Shown: piece after piece, positions 26,201 through 38,300 of the stretch
How positions within the stretch are numbered: the first letter of the stretch is position 1
How the letters are laid out: every line of letters begins with the position of its first letter
Assembly: GCA_951406725.2 (NCBI GenBank)
Contig: OX597816.1
Location: 81,468,001-81,532,000 of the forward strand
Source of the DNA: Octopus vulgaris
Lineage: Eukaryota
Length of the DNA: 64,000 nucleotides
Direction: 5' to 3'
Program-made: the position numbers and the translations under genes
Notes under the pieces: model-generated
Seen by the model: the letters and a program-made list of their open reading frames with translations, nothing else
The model's database searches: none
Told to the model about the DNA's origin: nothing

Positions 26201-29200
26201 CCAGGGTCGACTTTGCCTTTCATCTTTTCTGGTTGATAAATTAAGTACCAGTTATGCACTGGGGTCGATGTAATTGACTTAAACTCTTTGTCTGTCCTTG
26301 TTTGTCCCCTCTATGTTTAGCCCCTTGTAGGCAATAAAGAAATAAGACAGGGTACACACATACATCAAGCTTCTTGCAGTTTCTATTCTATCACATTCAC
26401 TCACAAGCCTTTGGTCAGCCAAGTGCTATTGACAAAGATATTTCACCAAGTTGCCATGCAGTGGGACTAAACTTGAAACCATGTGGTTGGAAAGCAAGTT
26501 TCTTAAGCACGCTTTATTTCATTTAACTGTTATGAACAGATACCCAATAATCTAGATGTATTATATGCTCTAGACTTGTGCCCTGTCACAAAGAAGCATT
26601 TGTTTTATCTGTTTAGCCTTTCATGGCCAAGTCAACAACTTATTTCCTGGAGAGGTCGTTAAGGCATATGGAAATTATCTACGTCACCTTGTTAGAAATT
26701 CTTACCACTTTCAAAAAAACTTACATTCAAGGAACCTTCACTCTAAGTAGTTTTTAAGTTCTAGTTGCATGATTCATCTGGTGTGTTAGTGAGAATACTG
26801 GTAAATTATTTTATCTTTTACACAGCCTTTATTTTTCTGACATATTTTCTGGGGCTAAACAATGGACAGTAATAATATGGAGAATTTGGAATTCCCTTAT
26901 AATTGTCTTTGACTCTAAGCAAGGATGCAGTCCTGTTAGCCTTGTTGATCTCATTGTTTATACTGACCATTCTTATTTCTCAGTTGAGATTAATCCCCTT
27001 TAAGAAAAACTTTTTAATTCCTACAAATATGCTGTTCTCAGAAATCCTTCCAGCAACATACATGTTAGAGAAGAGTACTTTTATTCAGTATGTATGAAAT
27101 TATTAAATCCTTTTTAGATTCATTGTCAAGTGGTCATAGCTGCTTAGAACTGGATTGAAGTAAGATGATAACCAGCTATGCTCCAACACTCACTAAACTG
27201 GGGATACTTTCTCCTTTAAACTCTTCACTTGGTATGACATTAGTTAAACATTATTTGTTATAAAGAGAAACTAGAATACAAGAAAAACAAAATGAAAATT
27301 TGTTGTTAATAAGTATCCTTAACTTAGTGCTTATGTGATTTACTGGAACATCTTACTCATTAGACTTTATTTATAATAATTACTTTAATCTGAAACAAAA
27401 ACTATTCAGTATCATTGATCAACTATACAAATGCCATTGATCAAAGTATAAACCAGAGAGTAATCAAATTTACAAAAAATTGACTTTGTAAGATATATGA
27501 TTCATGTTGTTACAAATACAATTATAATTAAAAGTACTTGGAAAAGACAGTTAATTTAAGTACTGCAGATAAACCCTTTCATATAATACATTGTGTCTAT
27601 CGGCACTCATGCTACAGTGTATTTGTGTGCCAAGTAATGGTTGTCTGGCTACACATTCAATCAACAGTTAACTTATGATCAAGATATTTGGCTAGTAAAC
27701 ACCAATGTAATTCTTCCTGGAAGAAGTAATGAAGTGGAATTCAAGTGGTTGGGACATAACTAGTGTCCCAATACAGTTTTGGTTCAATAGAGCCAAGATT
27801 ATTCTTAGTGTATCTGTATAGTCAATGGGGAAAAAAGAAAATTTGTGGAACTTTGTGCAAAACAGGCAGGTTTATAATGAGGTAGGACTCACAAGAGGTT
27901 ATTCTCTGAACAGTACAATGATGGTGAGTTTCATTCATAATTATTGTTGATGAATCAAGGATACTCAACAAGGTTGATTCTTTCACCCTCCTTCTCTCTC
28001 AATGAATGAAATGGTTTTGCTTTTTTTTTATTTTAGGTTTCCTACTGCTGTTCTTTGGAGCTGCTGTTTATTCCAACCCTGTAGAACTTACACCGGACAC
28101 TTTTCAATCAAAAGTAGTAAACAGTGATTCGCTTTGGATTGTTATGTTCTATGCACCATGGTATGATCACTTTATTTCATTCACTTATAAGTTTTCTCAC
28201 ATTTAAAACATCAGACAAAAGCATACAGCATTTATTACATTCTACTTCATTACAGTTCAGGCTTTGTAGAAGTTTTTGCCAAAATCACCATCCTTTACAC
28301 TCATAGAAATTATGTCAGTGTGTAACTCATAAATCAAATGGAAATTCTTACCCAAAATGTCAGTTTCTACTTCATCTCACAACTCTTTATTTTTGATGGA
28401 GATGATACTAGTACAGATCATCACTAACTTACAATTATTGTGACTGTCCTCATTTATTTCACAACTCTCAGTTGGGTTTCGGTTCATAGAAATAGACTAA
28501 ATCAACTTTGGAAGCATTTAGGTCTGTAATCCTCACAAATAACATGACTCAAGTAATCTAATCACGTAGACAAACTAAAAAATGTTATTACAGACTCATT
28601 CATCTCATAAAATATATTAAAGATTGAATTATTTCAAGGGCATTTATTTCTGTAATCAAAATGTTGCATCAATTTTATCCATGATCTGGGCATGGTGTCT
28701 AATACTGATTTCAATTTTTGGCAAAAGGCCAGCAATTTCAGGGGAGAGGGTTTGTTCATTTACATCAGCCCCAATGCTCAACTGGTATTTTATCAACCCT
28801 GAAAGGATGAAAGGCAAAGTCAAACCCAACAGCATTCTATTCCATTCTGCTTCATTCAGTTTTAAGACCACTTAAAGTAGTAATGGCTTTGTCTAGTGCT
28901 GTTATCATGCTAGACCCAATCCGAACAATCACGCTAGAAATGCCCCCAAGAACTTGTGTAGTAAACACCTGTGGCACAGGCAGCAATATACTCCTATAAA
29001 AGTTGGTACAGTGAAAGCTTGTTTGTGCAGCAAGCTGTACATAAGAATGTGTTTATTTATTGGACAAGATATAATGTAGTTTTAATTATATACTTTAACA
29101 AAATACAACTAAACTCTTGTATTTTACTTTTTTATTTCATTGCTAATAACTTGGCTTTTAACATCTCAACTGTCAGATATATAATAGTAAAATATTGATT

Positions 29201-32200
29201 TTTTTTTTTTACTATTATAAATATTTTGTTTTACTGTAGTTACATTTGCAGCTGTTCAAAATTCTATTTTTCATGTCATTTGGTATGAGATTATAGCATT
29301 AGTTTTTAGTCTTTTCCCTCATTTAGCATAAACTAAATGAGATTTGTGAAGTATATTTGCCATCTAAATATGGCTAACCACTAAGGGTGGATGTTACTGT
29401 AGCTTGTAGCCCCAGGAGAACATCTCCAGCTGGCTATTGACAAACTTTCTGTGCCCTATTGGTATTTGCAAAGGGAAGCCACCCTTCCCAACCTACATGA
29501 TATGCACAGACCCGGGTTTCTGGTTATTGACCTGTCATCAGGGCACAACAATCACTGGTCTTCAATGCGAAAGGGGTCCCAATGCAAATACATATATCCT
29601 TTTTCCAATGACTTTTCGTCACTGATCTTTAAAAAGTGTAAACAAGCAATAATAAATCTCTGAACAAGGTATAGACAGTAGGTCACATAGGTCGACGATG
29701 GGAAGGGGAGCTTCCCTTTGCAAATACTGATAGGGCACAGAAAGTGTGTCAATAGCCAGCTGGAGATGTTCTCCTGGGGCTACAGTAACATCCACCCTTA
29801 ATGGTTAGCCATATTTAGATGGCAAATATACTTCACACTGTCGCGCAGTTACTGTCTATACCTCGTTCAGAGATTTATTATTAGATGAGATTTCATTTTC
29901 ATTTAAACCTAGTTTTCTTGACATCAACAATGTTTCTTTAACCCATTGCATTTTGGGAGGCATTGCAAACCTTGTAGTGATTCATAGAAATATACTTCTG
30001 TGGTTTCCTGCACCCAGCTCATGGAAGGGTTTGAAACATTGCTATTAAAGTATCTCATAAACTTAATGCACATTTCATATATTAGCTAAGAGATCTTCTA
30101 CATAGCCATTTGACCAGCTAAATGTAACAGCCATATCTCCCCAATTACACTCTGTCTTAAAACAGTGGAGTGTAATTTGACAATTCTTAAGATTCCACTA
30201 TCTTCAAAACAGAAAAGATACATCTGGATAGTCATAACAGGAATATCTCTGACTGTATGACTGCTCAGACAATTCTACTATAATAATCTTTTCTACTATA
30301 AGCACAAGGCTCTGAAAGAATGAATGGCAAAGTCAACCTCAGCAGAATTTGAACTCAGAACATAAAGACGGGTGAAATGCCGCTAAGCATTTTGTGTGGA
30401 GTGCTAACAATTCTGCCAGCTTGCTTACCTTCAAAAGCTACCTTCTCAAGTAATGCAGACTCATAAGGGCTGATTTCTATGGTGTATAAATTCCCCACCT
30501 GAATGGGACACCAGTCCGTCAAAGGATTACCCATTTTTGCCAGCTGAGTGAACTGAAGCAACATGAAATGAAATGTTTTGCTCAAGAACATAATACGTCG
30601 CCTGGTCCAGAATTCAAAATCATAATCTTTTAATCATGAGTCCCAACACCTTAACCACTAAGCCATACACCTCCGCACAATTCTACTATAATAATAATAT
30701 GTTTGTTTTTGGTTAATCTTTTTTTAGGTGTGGACATTGCCAATCCTTTAAACCTGAATTCACTAAAGCTGCTGAAATTTTAAAGGTAAGCACATTTGGC
30801 ATTAGGGAAGGTATCCAGCCATAGAAACTTTACCAAATCAGACTGGAATTTGGTGCAGCTCTCCAGCTTACCTATTCTACTATAACCCATGGGACAGCAG
30901 ACGTTAAATGATGATGATATGTAATGAAAACTAAATTCTTTTTTCAGTTCCCCCTTTTTTACTTAAGTAAAGTTACTGTTTCCCAATATTAACTGCTTTC
31001 TATGCCAGTGTAAATAAGAGATTTGCCACTTGAGCATCATCATCATCATCATCTAAAGCCCATTTTCTATGCTGGCATGAGTGTTTTTGTTAGGATTCAT
31101 GGGTCTGAGGACTGCATTCTATTCCAATGTCTGCTTTGGCATAGTTTCTACAGCTGGATGTCCTTCCTAATGCTGACCACTTACATCTACTGCATGCTTT
31201 TTTGATGACACCAACACCAGTGAGGTTACCATACAGTTCATAAGGCTATGGTCTCCTTCAACTGAGTGGGACTAGAGTAGAATAAAGTAGCTTTAGCTTG
31301 AAGAAAATGGGTTAAAATATGAAAAAAAAAGTGGCGTCGGGATAGAACAGGTTTCTTGCTGTAGAGGAGATACATAGCTACTCACATAAGAGAAGAGTGG
31401 ATAGAAGTAACTGGAATGGAGTTGGAAAGAGATAAAATACAGGTGATGAATAGGCCTCGAGGCATGTGGTGAGTGGAGACAGAAGCAGGAGTGTGTATGG
31501 GTAGAAGCTGTAAAAGTATATGGTGTGAGTGGTTAGAGATGGGGGATGGATGAGGTGGTGAATATAATGAAGAACAGGAGTTGAGTGATTGATGGTAAAT
31601 ACATGGAGGGAAGGTAGAGAAGAGTAAGTGATGACTAAAGATTTGATAAGGTCCAGGGTTGGAAGTAGTGAATGGTGGACAAGATTGGAGAGGTGATCAA
31701 TGATCATATATGATGTGGACAAAGTAGGGAAGATGAGCTAACTTACAGTACAGAAGTGGGTGAAGAGTAGCAGAATAGTAATAATAATACAGTAGACAGT
31801 AAGGATGAGAGAGATGATGTGTATGGATAGGTTGCATGCATGGAGAGAATTAGAGATGTATAGTGATTGAAGAGGAGAGATAATCTAGTAGCACAGAAGA
31901 GTGATCAGTGTAAAATGTGTGTGGTGAGAGGCAATCATTATCATCATCAAACATCCGTTCTCCATGCTGGCATGGGTTGGACAGTTTGACAGAGACTGTT
32001 CAGACTCCAACTGTCTGTTGTGGCATGGTTTCTACAGCTGGATGCTCTTCCTAAAACCAACTACTTTAGAGTGTGCTGGGTATTATATACCACCAGCAAT
32101 ATTAAGACTTAAGGATGGATGACAAGTAAAGTGGCTCCAGGAAGAAAGAGAGATGACTGGTATTACATAGCAAGGTGATGAAATGTTCAGTTCTGTTCTC

Positions 32201-32320
32201 ATTTAAATATAGCAGCTGAATACTAAAGTTATGAAGGAAATAGAAAGAACAGTAATAGTGATGGTACTAAATGGGGAAAGATTGAGAAGGAAATTGTGTA
32301 AGGTTATAAGTCTATGTATA

Positions 32321-32377
<57 letters not shown>

Positions 32378-35300
32378 CAACAAAAATATCACAAAAACTG
32401 TTACTCGGTTTCACATTCCCATTCGTCGGACAGTTTTGTTTGGAATGGAGCAAGATAAAGTTATATATGCAGAAATACAATTGCTTTGATACACATTTGA
32501 AAAGGGTTTTGTTTCATTGGTCCTTTCAACTAATGGTCTTTTCAATAACCGGTTGCATGAAGTAACAAATTGCGGTTTGAAATCATATATAAATCGAAGA
32601 AAATCTTGATTCAAAAATAGCTTATAAAAAAGGAAAATACCTGAAACCCAGGGTAAATAGCTGTAAGATATTAGTAAATTAATAAAAGATATATCCGTTT
32701 GAAAAAAATTTCATGCTAGATTAAATATACATTTAGCAATATATATGCATACCACACAATCTATAATATATGTGTGTACACTAAACATACGGACACAGGT
32801 ACATGGCTACATGCATATACAGACATATATAGGCATGACAAAAATATATGTATGCATGCACACACATGCACAAAATCTGGTGTGTGCTTGTACACGTTAT
32901 TACAGGTGAAAGAAAGAAAAGGAAAAAATCAGAATAGGTTGTGGGGAGAAGAAAAAGAAATATCAGGTCATCCCATAAGTTCTGTCCGAATTTCGAATAT
33001 AAAGATAAAATTTTTCAAAAAAATTCTATCAGTGGTATGCATATTAAAATACGTTTCAAGGTGAAAATATAAGCAATTATAAATAAGGGCAAAAGAAAAA
33101 TTTTCCTATGCTGAAAAATAGACTTTAAACCTTGTAACCACATACAATATTTTACACAGCATGCTGAATCGAGGAAAGCAAGCTAACAGAAATTTCATCA
33201 TCATCATGCTGCCTAGATTTTTACATATAGAATAAGTGTTGAAAAAAATATCTTGGCATCATGTGCTAATTTTAAACCTATGTCACTGTCGAAAAAAATT
33301 GACTGGACTAAAGTGAAATATTCTCTTGCTCAGAAAGAGTCCCTAGCTGTAGATCTACCTCAATGAAATTTATCTGACCCATGTACATATAAAAAAAAAA
33401 GAGAGATATTAAAAAAGATGATGTTGATTTAAGGTAGTGTACTATCATAGGAAAATGTTACCAATATTTTAGCAATTCAAAATCATTAATGAATTTTGCT
33501 CAATGACACATGTAAATAACTTGCTTTGCCTTTTCTTCAAAATTAGTTACATCAGTTATTTTGGTCAATATATGTAACTGAGAAGATGATTAACATTTAG
33601 TTTTCTCATATAATGCACACACCTAATTTTTGGGTTTAGGAGTTCTGGAAAAAGTTCATATTATATACAAATGAATAACAGAAAATTTAGAAAATAAGTA
33701 ACATAAGGTATTCCTTAATTGCGATAAAAGCTTGTTCATGTTAGCATGCTCTATCATTGTTAAAACAGCTGTCATTATGTCTCTTATTTTGATGTATTGA
33801 ATCTCTTCAATCTGTGTTTTGTTTGTATACTCCTCTACATACCCCCCCCCCCTCCGCATAAGTTTCTTAGTTGTAGAACCTGTTTTTTTTTTCCTTATTG
33901 TCAGGCAAATTTGAGAAAAGCAGCAGTCTTTTCTCAAGGATGTGTATAGATAGCTCTATTTGTCTTATTTGATATTAACATATTTTGAGCAAAAGTTGTG
34001 TTTACAATATGACTCATGTGATCATTGCCTGATTCATCAGAAATGTGTTCTGGAGGTAAAGGTTGCAATAATAGTAGCCAAAGTCCATCAGTACTGTAAT
34101 GTTTTGATATCACTGAGATTTTTCTCTCCTCAAGTTGAGCTCCATATTACAATTTAATTAAATATTCATCAGTTACACAATGCATCTGCAGCCTATAGGA
34201 CTAAAATTGTAGCTGCACATAATATCCATTTATAGCAAAATGTACTGGGCCATTATAGGAAGTTGGGTGGTTTATATTATAAGTATATGAATCTCTAAGG
34301 TTTATTCTTTACAAGTCAAGTAGTCAAAATCAAATGGAAATTGTAGTTAAGACACTTGTGCCGGTGACAACGTAAAAAGCACTGTCCAAACGTGGCAGAT
34401 GCCAGATAAAAATCAAATGGAAATTGTAGTTAAGACACCCGTGGCAGATGCCAGCGCCGCCTGACTGGCATTGGTGACATGTAAAAGCACCAACTGATCA
34501 TGGCCGTTTGCCAGCCTGCTCTGTGCTGGTGGCACGTAAAAAACACCCACTACACTCACGAAGTGGTTGGCGTTAGGAAGGGCGTCCAGCTGTAGAAACA
34601 CTGCCAAATCAGACTAGAGCCTGCTTCAGCCTCCATGGCTTCCCAGACCCCGGTCGAACCGTCCAACCCATGCTAGCATGGAAAACGGACGTTAAATGAT
34701 GATGATGATCTGTCTGAAAATAAATTTTAATGCTGTGTTTTTTTTTTGTTTTCTATTTAGGGCATTGTGAAGCTTGGGCAACTTGATGCTGATGCTCACC
34801 GAGGAATAGCTGGACAATATGGTATCCAAGGTTTCCCCACTGTCAAAGTGTTTGGACAGGATAAATCTAAGCCAGAAGATTATCAAGGTTTGTGTTTTTA
34901 AGAAGCATTTCTTTTATATTATTTAAACTGCAGATGTACTCTGTTCAGTTACACCTACCTCTAGTAGCATTTTTGAAATCCACCTGCCACCAGAAACCCA
35001 TCTTTCCCTCTCTAGTTCAAAACTTTCGGTCTACCAATGATGATGTTGACACAGGGACAGGTAGAGTAGGTGAAATTGACTTGGTGACAAGTAGATGTAA
35101 GCACAAGCATTTAAACTGGCCATATCTCGCCCAAATATTCTACTTGTTATATGTTCAAGCTGGCTGGATCCAACCTTTCACACCTACCATACAATGTCAT
35201 TCTGAATATGAATAATTACATCAGTGAAATGTTGAAGACATGAGATAATGCATTACATTTGACAGATTTGAATGCTGAAAGAATTAACAGCTGCTGTTTA

Positions 35301-38300
35301 TGGAAATTCTTGTATACTGATGACTTAACAGCTGAATCTGTACATGATTTTTAGAAATTCCAGATGTGGAGGTAAAACCTAAAAGTAAATTTATCAAAGA
35401 CTAAAATTGTGTTAAGCTTGAAAGAAAAGTCTCTTGACTGAAGGCAAATCTCTTAAATCAAGTAAATGTATTCAATGTGAACTATAGATGCACAACACAA
35501 AGCATAGTGGGATGATAAGCAGTTTGATAAAAAAGGGAGACTTCATATGTGACAGATGCATAGTAGCAGTCAGTTATAAGACTACTTGTGAAATGGATTC
35601 TTTCATATGCTTGGAAACATCTCTAGAAGTAGTCAATAGTCTTTGTTACCAAAATGATGTAATCAGTAGTGGAGATGGCTCTTCTGAAAGCATAGTAATC
35701 TGAATAAGAACAGCTGGAAAAAAGGATAGATTGTTTGATGCTTATATACAAAGTGCAATACTGCTGCATAGAAGCACTGTGGACATTCAATACAGTAGAT
35801 TTGCAAAGGCTAGAAAGAAATGAGCCAGGCACTTGCTGCTGAGTGTGTAATGTTCATGTGCTCAAAGAACTGAGAGAAAAAAAAACTCAGTATATGAGGA
35901 AACAAATGGGTACAAGAGAGAAGATTACTCTGGTACAGCATGTGATTGACATGAAAGATGTCGGCTGTATAAAGAAGTGCCAAGTGCCCCAAATTGGTGG
36001 AATCCATGGTAGAGGTAGACAAAGTAGTGACGACTAATCTCATGAAGGAGTTGACTAAGGATCAGGGCAAGTGGTGATATGTCATGCTGGAAAAGATGCA
36101 CCTATCTGCATAAACGTTGCCAAACGGATGTTAAAAATGTTGAGGATGGTGAAAAAGAGGTAAAGGAAGAGCAGTAGAAGAAAGGCTATAGGGTGCCATA
36201 GAGATGAAGGATGGGTGAGAGAGAGGTTTGAAAGAAGAGGGTCTGTAGAGATGGGAGAAGAGCACACAAAGAAAATTATATCTTAAATATGTGCAAATAT
36301 TGTTTTTTTATTTAGTTTAGTATATTTATATGCACAGTATTTTAGTCATGTCAGAAGGTCCAATGAAAGGTAACCTAGATGGTCATGTAAAGAGAGCCAA
36401 TGTAAAAATGGCATTTGAAGTGTTATGTGACGTCATAATAAGGGGGGGGCATCCCTTTAAGAACAGCAATGCATGTATCTGAGAAATAATTTAAACTACC
36501 CATAATTTTAGATTTTATTCTGTAATTAGTTGTCACATGAGTAGGCCACTTGTTTGCGTAATAGTTCATTTATAAACTTGATAATGTGCATATGATATCA
36601 GAAAATATTTATGGTTTGTCTTTGAAGGTGGTCGAACTGCAAATAGTGTTGTAGAAGCTGCCAAGAAATATGTGTCTAATATGATTTCTCAACGAACACG
36701 TGGCGGCGGCGGTGGTGGCAGTAGCAGTGGTGGCGGCGGCGGTGGTGGACATAAGGTTTGTATTTATTGTTGGTTTTGGTTTGATTTTTTTTTTTTTTTT
36801 TTTTTTTTACAGTATTTAAATTTTAAATTAGAAGTAATCTATTTCTGGAACTTTCATACAGTGTTTCAAAATAAACTAAATTCTAAAATGTTTGAAATAC
36901 AATCTTTTCAATTTTTTAACTGTAATTAGAAAGCAATTTTGGTATTTACTGTTTTTGTAACCAAAAACTGTCCTTGAATTTCTTGTGCTACATTCCTAAC
37001 AATTTCTCTCTCTGGACCTTGCTTTAATTGCAACCAGATTTTGCAGGGTAAAAAGATTATAAACAGAAAGTGAGATATCAACTGTCTCACACAGCCTCTG
37101 CCTCTGATTAAAACAAAATAAGTATTTTCATAAGACACACAACCACATATTTATAGGAGAGAAATGAGGTTGTTAAAACATCTCTGAAAAGTACTCTCAT
37201 AATGAATATTTATATAGAGATCAAATATCAAAATAATTTCTCTGAATAGACTTTAATCATTTAAGCTATTTAGATTTTGTGGTTACATGAAAATCTCATG
37301 TATAGTCTAATTATCATATTTAAAATGTATCTTTTGTGTTTTATATACTTAAAAACTAAAATGTTTCGGTCATATAGTTAAGTGTAACTTGAAGTAGCTG
37401 TTAATTAATGAAGCAAATTTATAATCATGTAAACTGCAATACATAACTAATTGTTCAGATTTCATAATTCAATGATTAAAACTGAAGCTAATTTTTTTGT
37501 TACCGGGTGCTCGATTACGTTTTTTACATATCTTGCATTAAATGTTTGCTATTTGACTTTATATAACTATTATCCATCAAAGTGTGATTATCATTTGGTT
37601 AATGAAGCAGAAGATGTCCATTGTGATTAATTTTCATGCTTTTCCAATTGCAAATAACTGAGTGAATAGAAATGATAGCAGCTGCAAATCAAAACCAGGT
37701 TATCGACTCTGTATTCCAAAACTTTACATCTTTATGCTATCCATAATATTACTTTCCTCATATTAAAGGTTTCAATTGCTTGCAAATTCTTCATTGCATT
37801 AAGAAATATCGTTTCAAATTGAAGTTTTTTGTAAAAACAATTCAGTTTACATTGAACTGAGTTATTGTTCTCCTTAGATAAGTGTATCTAACTGAAATCT
37901 GTGTGCTCTTTATTCTTATCAATTATTCTAGTATAAATAGTATCACCTTTGTTGGAGATGTTATATTATTACAATAAACATCATAAACTATCACTTATGT
38001 CCACTCTTAACCCAAGCAGTATTTCACTGGTTACTTACATAAGTTTCACTTCATATTCAAAAGGCGGCGAGCTGGCAGAAACGCTAGCACACCGAGCAAA
38101 ATGCTTAGCGGTATTTCGTCTACCGTTATGTTCTGAGTTCAAATTCCGCCGAGGTCAACTTTGTCTGTCCTTGTTTGTCCCCTCTATGTTTAGCCCCTTG
38201 TGGGTAATAAAAAGAAAAAAAAAGTTTCACTTCACATCCAAAATCTAACACACATGATCAGATCACTTACTTTAATCAATATTTTGTCAGTTCTGTATGG

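Noticed and set aside
28006-28036. Alternative PDIA6 start [10 protein letters not shown] in frame with exon 2
   Set aside because: It is the polypyrimidine tract/acceptor; exon 1 at 23190 has a strong donor, correct phase and UPR promoter elements.
29355-29440. HDV-like ribozyme (GCCAT/ATGGC stem followed by CTAA)
   Set aside because: Could not identify P1/P3/L3 or the nested pseudoknot.
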